A DNA stretch of 60,809 nucleotides, filler included, from Sphacelaria rigidula (Eukaryota), in NCBI GenBank assembly GCA_964200075.2. It is 2 parts of 2 records of this genome, joined end to end, with 100 filler letters (N's around TTAATTAATTAA, not from the genome) between each part and the next. Parts side by side here need not be neighbours in the genome. Positions count along the whole stretch, not along the records: positions 1 to 30,386 come from CAXNAA020000063.1; 1 more part is not named here. One strand, 5' to 3'. The notes under the pieces were generated by a model. That model did not search any database, was not told the DNA's origin, and worked only from the letters and a program-made list of their open reading frames with translations. The first letter of the stretch is position 1, and the number at the start of each line of letters is the position of its first letter. The translations under genes and the position numbers were made by a program. Positions 14,001 through 26,000 of the stretch are shown in pieces.

Positions 14001-14917
14001 ATCTCACCGTTGGTGTATTGATCAGACCGCTTAAATATGGCGGCTATGTCGAAGGCATCTTCCCTTGCGTCATCATTCTATTGTCTCGGGGTTACTTGTG
14101 GCTCTTGTTGGAGAACTTTGTTTCATCTCCGTCTCTTCTGTCGTCGATGTTGTCCTGCCTTGTGCACAAACAAGAAGGGTATTTTGGAAAAAAAACAAAT
14201 AGATTATGTGCGATATTCGGTTTCCACACCGATGCCCCTTCTGAAGCATAGCTTTCGACCCCTTATTTGGGGAAATACAAATCGTGTGTAGTTGCCTATG
14301 AAGGTATTTCGTCTTTCAAAATTATGCCATCCCGACCTCCTGTTAATTTTTCCTGTGTTGTTTGAGAAGGCAGCTCCATCGTGCGTTGTATGTTCGTGTC
14401 CTCTGAGTGTCATGCTTTGGGTTCTTTCATCTTCAGATCACCGCTAGATTCGTCGCGGAGCAGTTCACATGCGATGATGGATCGTCGTCGCCATTGTTTT
14501 ACTTCACACCTGTCTGACAGGATGGGTACCTTTCTTGTCTGTATGTGTTCGTGTTGTGAGCGGTGCATTGCATACGCGTATGTGGTGTCCTCTTCATTAT
14601 CGCTTGCAACCTTCGTACGACGTACCTCAATCATTACATTCCTCTTCCCACTCAGTTTTTGAGAGTTCTCCACACCAGACATCTCGATTGTGCACATGTA
14701 ATCATGTACGTGTACTCAACGGAGAATACAAACAGCATTCGGCCAACTACTTTTTTCCTCGGAACAAACTTCCCTTTCTTATCTCCACGTTCTGTCGTTT
14801 GAACTCTTCGGTTGCAAGGCCAACTCTGCGGAGGAGCTACCCGAAGCACTGCTAGGAGCGGTGAGGCTAACAGGCTTTGGCGTCGAAGACCCTGATTTGC
14901 AGACCAAACTGTTTTAG
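11008..14917 (+). CDS. 3' exons of a protein with an EDR2 C-terminal (DUF1336) domain; upstream exons not identified
   Basis: Exons about 11008-11223 (start uncertain), 13176-13305 and 14819-14917 join with matching phases (2, 0) and GT-AG sites. They give ...RNRRFKLIPRIIGGSWVVRKAVGSTPVLLGTKIHHR/YYRGARYVETDMDTGSS...VDLGIVLQ/ANSAEELPEALLGAVRL...KLF*, typical DUF1336 motifs. Confidence 0.88.
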
Positions 14918-17097
14918 GGCCGTAATTTGGCTGTCAATCGATGTCATGGTACAGATTTGTTCGGAACGTCGTCTTAGCTTTCCGTTTTGTTTTTCGGTAA
15001 ACAATGTAAGAAATTGATCGTTTCGGTGTAGTTTTACGAGTCGTTGCGCATTTTCGAAAACCGTGGATCTCGAAGGTTGTCCTAGTTTTTTTTTTTCTTC
15101 CTATTTTTCCCTTGTGTTCGCTTCCTTTGCCCACGGAACTACACAGGACGGTGGTATTCGCAAGAAGAGTCGGAAACGGGCCAACCCTCGCTCTTCAACC
15201 GTGGTCGTTATTCTGATATGTATTGACGTTTTTTCCCGCTTGTGCCACTTTCCGCCGTTTTTCACCATTGTAGAGAACTTCGAGCCCGATCGTTGTTCAG
15301 GCTGACAGCCTTCAGCGTAAAGAACCTCAAGTGTGGACCGATATGCCTTATGGGCTGTATTTTGTTGTTGACGTTGTTGTGTGATATTTGGCACTTTCCC
15401 CCTCTATCTGTTTTTCTCATAACGTGGTAGAGAACATGAGAAGGCACATTAGGATCGCCAGTCGCCAAAAATAAAAAAGGTCGTGAATTGTTTGTTTTGC
15501 AGGTCGTGTTGAGGATTACCAAATCTTCTTGCTCTCAGATAGAGTGTGACGACGTAGACCTGCACCCCCCGAGCGGAAAAGTATGGGAAATCGGGGAATT
15601 AGTTTTTGGGTCATAGTGCGTTTTTGACCATTTATGAAGTCTTGCGACACCTTTTCAGGCTCGAAACTGCAGATTGAGCACAATTTTGTTGGATCGCTAG
15701 CTGGAATACTGTAGTTTGTGTTTCAGGTCTTGATTGATTGACGCGAATGAACTGATTCGTTATGAATCTACCGGTAGTCAAGATAAATGTACCCCCGACA
15801 TAGATGAAGAATTGTGTTTCCTAGGTTTGGAGATGACGCTGTGCGAGGTGAAGAGCTAGTCCATTTTCCGGTTACAGTCTCTGCGATAGTATGTGCAATG
15901 GTCGGTCGGACGTCCATTGTGCCCTTTTCCTCTGTGTGTTCGAAGAGATTGTTCCGCACCAACTTTCAGCTGGGATGTAGTCCTTTCTAGCCCATGTACA
16001 GCACTTGCCAGTATTATTGACTCACTTTTCATGAGCCATACTCGAGTATTGAAAATTGGCAGGCAGGGTCAGAAAACAACATATGGGGTTCGGTTACCCG
16101 TTTTTTTGCGTTGATCTCCGGCTCAAGTGTAAATTAGAATACCGTTGGATGCAACGCGGGTGTGAACTTGCTGGTAGCGTGGACAGTGTACTGCATCTGT
16201 GTTCTGCCTGTTGCTAGATGTCAGCATTTGTGCGCAACTTAATAGTTCTAGTTGGGTGGCCGTCGTTGTCTGGTGGCGGTACATCTTGAGACCAGGTGGG
16301 GGGGAGTAGATTGTTTCATTACAAGCAGATGCCATTATTTTCCTTTTTCACGGATACCTGATTTTCGACGTTGGTAACCCTAAAAACCCGAGGACGTGAG
16401 TAGCAGAAGAAGAATTAAAGAAGGTCGACGCGATGCGGGAGCGCCGATCCATTCCACGATGCCAAAATGTTGGCTATGCCACCGGGGGAGATGGGCTGAT
16501 CCCTCCAAACTACGGATTGGTCCGGAGGAAGGGGACGGGTCGACAGTATGACAGGAATTCTCCCCCCTCCCCCCCCCCGCGTGCACTCAATTTCACAAGC
16601 TCCCTGCTCGAAATGAGCCGTACACCCTGTTCATCCTGTACGTGATTTACTTCCTCCGCGCGCCCCCCGCACCCCGTGGATCAAAGACGCATTTTTTTTA
16701 TTGATGCTTCCGTCCAGAATTTTTATGCTTCTCTACACTTGCACGGGCGATATCCTCAAATGAGTATGTTGCCAGCGCGAGCTTTTGTGAGTTGATTGTC
16801 ATGTACGTGCGAGTGACCAGCGAACGTGGGAGCGTTGTTCGGTTATAGGCTTTGTTCTGTACAAAAAACAAACTAATCTCCTGTCTTTGCTTCCCAAAGG
16901 AAGGCGACTGACTTATCAACGCTAGGCTCGACTCAGCGCCGCGATACGGTACATTGATTTTCATCTATCCTTCCACAGTCGACGTCTCCGCCTCAACGAA
17001 GATTCCTACAAGTATTCGTTGTGAACAGTGGCCGTAGAAACTGTGGATGCTTTGCTCAGCATTCGCCAACAAGACGATTTGATGGCGATGGCACACG

Positions 17098-20000
17098 TCA
17101 AAGACACAAAGTCAACTCGACGCCGAGAGCGAGATGGTCCGATCCCCAATTCTCGTCCGGAATTGGCCCAAACGATCCCGCACTGCCATTACCACAGCTG
17201 CTACTATCGATGGATTCACTACCCACGCACAAGGGTGCGGTCTCTGCAGCTGTACCTTTAGCCGCGACACTCGTCATGTTTCGTCGCGTTTCCTTCGCTG
17301 CGTCATCGCTACAAGTGGGTAGGGCTTCGTCCCCGTCACCAAGTGGGTTATGATGATTCTTGCTCGATTCTCGCTCTATGGATGCCATATCAGCTCCCTT
17401 CGGAAAGCCCAACACCCCCGATACTGACAGGATGCTCCCTGGCTCTCCAGAGGAAATGAACACGTGATCGATTACCCCTGAAAAGTGGCTGTAGGACAGA
17501 AGAACCAATCGCGGGAGAAAATTTGCGCCAGGAGGAGCACACGGTGACAGAGGCAGCAAGACGTGGCGAAGTTTGTTTAGGAAATACACGACAAGAACGT
17601 GAGCGGGGTTTTGGAACTGGAAGTCAGGAAACCATCCGCAAATGCATTGTACATGTATCAGCGTGGTGACCTCATGTTCGATGAAATAACTGAAACGCAA
17701 GCATCGGGGGAGCGACGGGTTGATCCCGCGAGACTACGGGGCTGATCCCAAGAATCGGCGGACGTTGCCCCCCTCTTCCCCTGTTGAAATGTCGGCGATC
17801 CAGGAACTCCGGAAGCGAGTGACTCCAACGCGAAGAGAAGGTCGAGGGGCACATTAAGCTCGTTACCCTGCGCGAGATTATTTTTTCGACCCTGGTTCTG
17901 CTTGTATGTGGATAGACCCCGGGAGGTCGTCTCGGCGCCAGTGTACGGCAGGGGCTAATGGGAGATTGTACTGCACTCCTAGATACAACCCACTCATATC
18001 GCACAGTGGGCTACCGCGACACTCCTCCGCTACCCCTCTTAATACTGCGATGGAACAAAATCTACGAAATATCAAGTCACAGGTACTCTGAAACACCCGG
18101 GATAATTTCCTCCTGGGTCCCTTTCGCCCGATCGAAGTCATTTTCTTCACGATCGATTCCATTTTCACGTTTGTGCATTTGCGTCCAAGTCTACTGAATG
18201 GATCGGTCCACATATTGAGCGAGGTGTGGACGGGCCCTTCGTATGCTGCATCACCGTCGGGGAGTGCGTGTTACGATGGTGTGGCGGAGAGAACCATATT
18301 GTGCACGAACTGACGCATCTTCCAGCAGGTTGACGCGGAGGGGTCCGTGGAGTGTCCTCCATACACCTTACGATAGCTTGAGCGAGCATTTTGGTTTACA
18401 TCAACCCTTCCCGAAGGTTGGTGCAAGAAGCAAATTTGTCAGAAGCACGAATAGGTCACGAGAACATGTGACACGATACGCTAGTTCGTAGCCCAGCAAA
18501 CCGTTACCCTGGTCCTGACCCCAAGCTTACCTAGTTTTGGTGGTAAACCGCGGAGAGGCTGGTGAGCGATCTCGGTACACGTCACGTAAAGTGCAACCGT
18601 ACCCGCTGGCCCAATCGCCGAGCGTGTGATGAGTCATGACCGGGGCACCTGGTTTAGGGTCTTGTCCGCGTAAAGATTTACTCATCTGCGACCATGTCCG
18701 AACAAAAGTGCGGAGAACAAAAACAACAGCTTAATTGAAGATGAAATTGCGGAAGCTGTTCATCTAACGCATCCAACACAGTACCAAAACAGGAAACCAA
18801 GAAGGGAGGGAAATCCAGTATCTGTGGAGCATGGACGTCTTGCTCATATGGAGAGGACAGCTTCACCTCTTTTCATGTTTGTGCACATGCACATACTTTT
18901 ACTCGTCCCTGTAGAGCTCGCGGGTGGCAGTTCATGTCCAAATACCTGAATACCTACCGGCATTTCGCATTTTCGGTCGGCTTGTTCACGTGAAGTCATA
19001 CTGGAGGGGCTGGTCATACATTCTACCTTGTTTATTTTTGCTATTTTCATCGGGACTGGCCATTTGTGTGCTCATCCTCCCTTCATTTCCTCTCTTTTCC
19101 GTATCACTCTTCTTGCGTTGTAGCCCAGTTTATTCCGCTTTCTGCCTTTTTTTGTCTCCTTCATCCTTGAGTTTCTTTTAGCGAGTCTTTCCGCATTGTG
19201 TACCTTAGATGTATCTATGCCCGTGATATATATCCCGTGACCACGGCTGGATCTCCTGGGGAAGTTATTTTCTTGTGTGAAAATCATTCAAGCAACCAAT
19301 AAATCAACGTGCATATTGGAGGGGGGAAAAATACCACCGACATCTGTTGAGGTGTCACCTTTTACGTGAGCGACAAGCACAGTAACCCCTGCCTGCTTAG
19401 TGACCTAAACGTCCCGGTTCGTATCCCGGCCCCATCACTGCTACTGCCACGAGGAAAAGGATTCGAACAAAGTACAACGAGTATCAATATGCTGCAATAA
19501 TGGTGGGGTGCGACCAAGCAAAGCTCGCGAAGTCATTTTTTTTTTGACTATTTAGCGGACGTTTTTTTTTCACACGTCGGACAGGTCATTATCTGTGTCA
19601 CCCGGGTTGTACAGGTGAAGTGTGAACACGTTCTTGTACACTATCCGGATAACACAGTGCAACTGGCTATGAAACGGTTCCCGTATTCTGGGTATCATCG
19701 ATCACGAGGGAGATATTTTGTACGAGTCATGAGGGTATCACAGGTTCAGGTTGATGTCGGCGTTTCGAGTACCCCTGATTTGGATTACACAGGTGTGTCT
19801 TAGGAGGCGATGTTTCGGATAAAATGGAGTATACAAATCACTTAGGGAAACCCTGGTACAATCATACAGATAGCTTATCAAACCATGTGTACAGAGCAAC
19901 CGAGTTCTGTTTCAGGTCAACCGAGAAATGTGTATAGGTTCAACGGGTCATATGGATATCAGATCACTTACAGATCGCACAGGTCATACGGCTGACCGTC

Positions 20001-23000
20001 GGGTGTCACACGTGCTTCATCGACGTCGGCTATGTACACGTCGGCGACTTTGACCCAGAAACATTTTCAGGCGCTGTTCGGCCAGCGTCATGATGAGTTA
20101 ATTGAGCATAGAGCTATAACGGCCTTTTTTTTTCCAGCCGCAAATTCGTGCGCAACCTCAGCACTACTGCTATTGTTATTGCTCCCCAAGTGAAGAAGCC
20201 CCACGGTTTACAAGAAATTACGTTGAGACACGACGTTTAGCGCTCAGAAGACGCGAAAAAAGGCGCCACCAGGTAAAGCAGGCATCTACGGTGCATAGTG
20301 CGGAAAACCTTCGGAAACACCCGACCCATCTTCAGCCTCCTCCGCCGACTCATCCCCTTCTGGTGATTCTCGTACATTTCACCAATTCTTACCAATCACT
20401 TATTGCGGGACAAATGCACACGTACAGATGATTGCACCTCCTCTATGAAGTCACTGGGCCATTAATTTTATATTCCATGTGCCCGGGTTGTTGCAGTCAA
20501 GCAACGCTATTGTGAACATGCACCGTGTACCAGGGTCATGCAGAATAGCAGGTGAGGAATACTGGACACTGTTTCTTGTATGCTGGATTTGGATTCCACA
20601 GTTGAGGTGTAGCTTTTGGTATGCATGAGATTCAAATCACACGGGTCGATGAAATGCTGCGTTTGAACGAGACAAGTTATATAGAGGACAATTATGTGAT
20701 GTTGTACAGATGACACGGTTTTGCAGTTCAGTTGTAAACGAAGGTGTGTGTGAAGCGGGTCATACAGCTCGTAGCACGGCAAGTATGTACGGGTCAAACG
20801 CGTCCTACAGATTTCCATCAGACGAACGTCCGCGGGTGGTAGCACACCTTGGACAGTTCACTACCTACGCCCCAAATGAGTAGACCCGGATCTGTCAGGA
20901 TCTGATCCGTCCGGCGTTTTGATTGATTGATTGATTGCTTGATTGACTGATTGATGGTTGTACTTGAACTGACCCCCCAGGGATCCAGCCGTGGTCGCAT
21001 TATAGACGTACGTACCCGAGATAAAACAAAGCCGAAACGCTCACGTGTGAACATCTTATACCGTAAGAGGTGCATGAAAAGAAGGAAAGGTACTAGGAAA
21101 GCTTCGCCGTCAGCCCGCGAACAAGCCCACCTCTTTAAACCGCATATCATCACGAAAACACGCACGAAGAGGCTCGTATAACGGGGAGGCGAAGGGGGGG
21201 GCGTACTCACGATTGTGCGTGCCGTAGTCATAGGACCATTGATCTCGCATCTCTGCAAAGCCGGGGCGGAGTACGACGGCGGAGACTCCAGCTTGTTAAC
21301 GATGCCCAAATTTCACAGCTGAGGTGGTGGTGCGATCAGGGAAAGCGGATGGAAATCAGTCATTTTTTTCGCAGTTGAGTTGTTGTAGGTTCGCGGTTTT
21401 GAAGTAAATATTTAGGATCTGTTTCAGCGAGAATTCCGGCCGATGGCGCACCTGTGAAACATGAGGGTATGTCGAAAGTCGTCCCAGTTCACAAATGTCG
21501 AACCTCGAACCGTGTGTTGTGTGTTGCCATCCCATCTATTCTGGACGCCAGTCTACATCTTTCGGTATATGTAAGCACATCAATTGGGGTTACACAGGAG
21601 GAAGGCCAGAATGGAAGTTTTTTTTTCCCATTCTTACTTTGTTTCTAGTAGCCCACATTTTTCCTGCGGTACTTGCCTCAATTTTAATCTCAAAGAGGGC
21701 TTCAGCCGTGCATTCCCCTCGCCGGCTGAAAAATCGAATTTTGCGTACCCCCGGCATGGTGGTTTCTCACTGTTGGGCATAGGTGGGAATCCCAGATCAT
21801 GTAACTTCACCGAGACTCTGAGCCACAGCCCAACCGTCAACAGGTTTCGAGGTTTCGAACTGAGCCACCGGGGCGACCGGCTGCTGCAGCTACATGTTGA
21901 AATGATGGAGCACACGACTAACTGCTCAATTCCGCGTCGATGGTTTGACGATGCGATGGCGTTGGTTTTGAGGTTTTACATGCACTATGTCTCACTGAGA
22001 AACCCTCCGATGAACACTAGATGAATCCGGAAAGAAAAATCCCAGTGAAAACAAAAATCACCGACATGTTATCTAATATTTCTTAGTCTAGACACCCCCT
22101 CCCCATCCCCGTTTTAGGTGTGACTGACAAAAGTGCGTCTCGTCCAAAACCCACTAGTAGAGCAGCATACAGATCTTTGCCAACCGCTCATGAGCCACAG
22201 GAATGTTCCAACACACACAAACAACTGTACTCATGATCTTGCATGCCGTAGTCACAAAGCCATTGACCTCGCATCCCTACAAAGGCGGGACAGGGAAACG
22301 CCGGCCTCTCGCCGGACCAGGCTCGAAATTACCGAGTGCATGAGGTTGCAAGGCATTCATTGCCATATCTCCTCCGACCCGCGAACTTTGCACTTGACGC
22401 TCTATTACGAGGGATGTTTTCGCGAGGATTGCAAGTCTGATCAGGTTCGATCAACAGGCGAGCGTGATGCACGCTATGTTGAGTCACCGCCCTCTCGTAG
22501 CTCACTTACAATCACGAGAAGAAATTGCTGGAAGCCACCCAGCCCGGTGAGACGAGTGAAAGAGCTTTCAACGACGAATACGAAATATCAGTAAACGAGA
22601 ATCTTTTAGTCAAGAAGACATTTAAACCACCTTTTACGTGATTGAAGGCAAGGAGTTCGGGGCGCCTCAACCGTTGTGAGATATAACAGATTGTTCTGTA
22701 GAAGACCGTATAGTCCGGCTGCCACCAACCCTCAAAGGGGGAGAGGTGAGGGTCAAGGAGAAAAAAAAACGAGCATGCACACTGGGAGTGACATCCAATG
22801 TAAGCTTATTTCTCACGTTCAGCTCGCCAACTCCAAACACAGAGTACAGCCGCGGTCGTGCACTCCGAAGATAAGAGTACAGGGGTTTGTGGAGCAAGCA
22901 GGCACATCGTGTAGGTTTCTCGATACATGGAGAAGCAGAACGTTCGACGCAAAGGTCGCGTACGACAAATGTCGCGGGCATCGAAGTGACACCAGGTCTT

Positions 23001-26000
23001 TCGAATACGTAGCCTTGTGGCGATCGTTACCGCAGAAACCGACATTCATTGCAATGAAGTCGCAGAACGTTTGACACTTGCTTACGCGGACTACAAATGG
23101 GCAACAGTACGCTCAGCCCTAACCCTAATTCTATGGGATCGACGCGCTGAAGTGGTCGGCACTTGAGGGAGGCCACGAATCTGCCTCGGGAACAATACAA
23201 CCATCTGCAGCATGACACCGCTACCGCGTGGCGTTGTCGCCGCGGCTAAAATCCCCACTCGTATCTTGACTCCAACTTACTGCAACTTTGAACAAAACTA
23301 AAAAAAGCCACCAGCTGGCCACCGTTGGCCGTGGGGACCGTACCCTTGGCATCAGCTTCATGAATCTTATGAAATTAGACAACACAACATCGACTCCACT
23401 CACAAAATGGTGAAACGATCAATTGCTTTCTCTACGAATAGCGGTGCGTTCGCCCCACGTACAGAACGAGGCATTCCATTCATCCAACGCTAAAATCAGA
23501 ATATTCGATTGATGAATGATTTATTTCCTACACAAGTACGGATCTCACCGGGTCATCACTCTGCTCCGAGGAGCTCGACTCCATGGCTTGATGCGCCATG
23601 TAAACTGGCAAGAACGCATCGGGATGTTCGGGGTGACTGGCAGGAACCCCACCGTAAGCCAAAAGAGCGTACGGCCCGCTAGCGGAGGCGTTGCGTGTGG
23701 GGTAGCGCGGCGACTCAGTCCCAAAGTAGTCAGTGGGGATAATGTCGTCCGCACGCAGGACATCTTCGCCTCTTGTCTGAGGAATGGGCGTTGATGTCCA
23801 TGAAAGTCAGAAGAACAACAACCGAAGCAAGACGCAAAAATGGGCGACAGTGAACAACGGTTTGCTCTGAGACAGCAGCGAACACTTTTGGCAGAATATA
23901 AAAGCAAGTGAACGATCTTCTGGTGCATTCGTCAGTTCCACGTAGTGTCCATGCCCCCAAATACCCCACAAAATAATGTACACATACTCACCCAACTATC
24001 CACCGGGCTGGGAGCTGGCATTGCTGCTACGGGGGACAAACTCGCGCCCAAAGGGTTGATTCGACGCGGACTTCAAGTCTAGCGCCTACAGCCACCACTG
24101 AGGACAGCAGAGGGGTGAGCTTAGGTAAATGGGTTAGGGTTAGGGTTAGGGTTAGGGTTAGGGTTAGCCTACAGCCACCACTGAGGACAGCAGAGGGGCA
24201 AGCTTAGGTAAATGGGTCAAACATCACGCTTCAAAATTACCAAACAAAAAACAGGCGGAAGCTGAAAATGAAGCACCACACGTATAATCCCATGCGGTAC
24301 ACTGCTCACCCTCAGCGGTGGGGGCAAAAATATGGGCTGTAGAGTGGGCACCGAATTGAAGTCTCCGCACAACACCAGATTCGTCGTCGGTCGCCCGTCG
24401 TCGCCTTGCTTGTCTGGCGATGTCACCGCGCATTCTTCATGAAACCGTTCAATGGCATCGAAAAGCAACTTGCACTGCGCAGTCTTCAGGTCTGGTCTGG
24501 ATGGGTGGAACCACAGATGACAGCATACCAGTGTGATGGACCGCCCCGGTTCCTCGGCGGATTCCTCGGTGGGTTCCTCGGTGAGTTCCGCTGTGGGTTC
24601 CTCGGTTGGTTCCTTGGTTGGTTCCTCGGCGGGTTCCTCGGCGGGTTCCTCAGCGGATTCATCTGCGGATTCCTCCGCGGATTCCTCGGTGGGCTCCGCG
24701 GCGGTTTCTTCGGCAAGCTCTTCGGTGTGAGACGCCGACTCTGTCTCCGTATCTACCGAAACTGTCACGTTTCCGGTCTTTGCCTCTGGTGGATCATCTC
24801 GAAGTTGTAACCTCAGCATAACTGCCGCATCTGGCTTCGTTTTAAGGTCATACTCCAACTGGGACGGTACCGGGGGCTGGTCACTATTGTGATGATGCTG
24901 TAGTTGTCGAAGGTGCTCTAGCTCATCAGGCAAGTAAACTCGCTTCTCGGCCAGCTTCTTGAAGACTTTCTCGCTGTAGAAAATGGCTACACCTAGGCAC
25001 TTCCGGCGGCGGGGCATTCGCCTTCGAGGATTGCGATCGATGGGTGCGGTGAAAAAACAAAAAGGGATACGGCGAGTGACTACGCACACCGCAGAATATG
25101 TAATTCGCTTGGCGTCTGACATGCACGTCACGATAGAGGGGGGCAGGCTGTCGCATACTTCTCACACCCGCGGTAGGAGAGAAGACGTAAGACACATCTT
25201 CACACTGAGTTGATGATGCGCGCCCCCTTGTCTAACAAGGCAATGCTGTTCATAATCAACGGTCCCCCAAAAGGCGGTGCCGTCAAGATTAATGCAGCAA
25301 ACTCCTGGATCGATTCATTTGTTGATTGTCACGCAATAATTGATCTGCTACCGATAAACGCGTGGTTCAAAAGTAGACTATCCCAGCCACGATCATATTG
25401 CCTGGACACCATTGCGTTGACGTTCAACGCAGAAATCTCTCGCGCTACTTCTTCACTTGACACAAAAAAATGGATGCACGTAATCTTGGGACAATGGACG
25501 ACCGGTTACAAATGGTTTGCCGAGGACACATCCACACTGCGAACGAAATGATGCGAGAGACATTCGGCATTCTCACAAGTGCAACGACATCAACGTGTGC
25601 ATGGTTTTTAACACAGTGAAGCTCCTATCCAACATCGTACAGTGGCATGTGCTGACTTCTAACGAGAAAAATAGGCTGTTAGATACAATACTACAATAAC
25701 GTGGGACGTGTATACAAGCGATGTTACATATGTCTTACATGCAACTTAGTGTAGCACCAGCATTGGAGAGCTTGGCTTCGTCGCCACGTGCGGCGAAACC
25801 GACATGCATATCATGTTCATTCTGGTGAGCCTTCAGATCGCATCTTCGATGCCCAAGCAACCCGCAGAACATTAACGATATCGCTGGTCACACAGCACCT
25901 ACCGAGGCAAGTCTACTTTCTCTGCACATGTAGAAGCATTCCCACCAATACAAAAATCACAGCGTGAGGTACCGTTGCTGGGAAATGAAACAGCTTGAGC

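Noticed and set aside
24406-24821. GGFL-, PPRN- and SSAG-repeat ORFs
   Set aside because: Alternative-frame and antisense shadows of the coding EEPA minisatellite.
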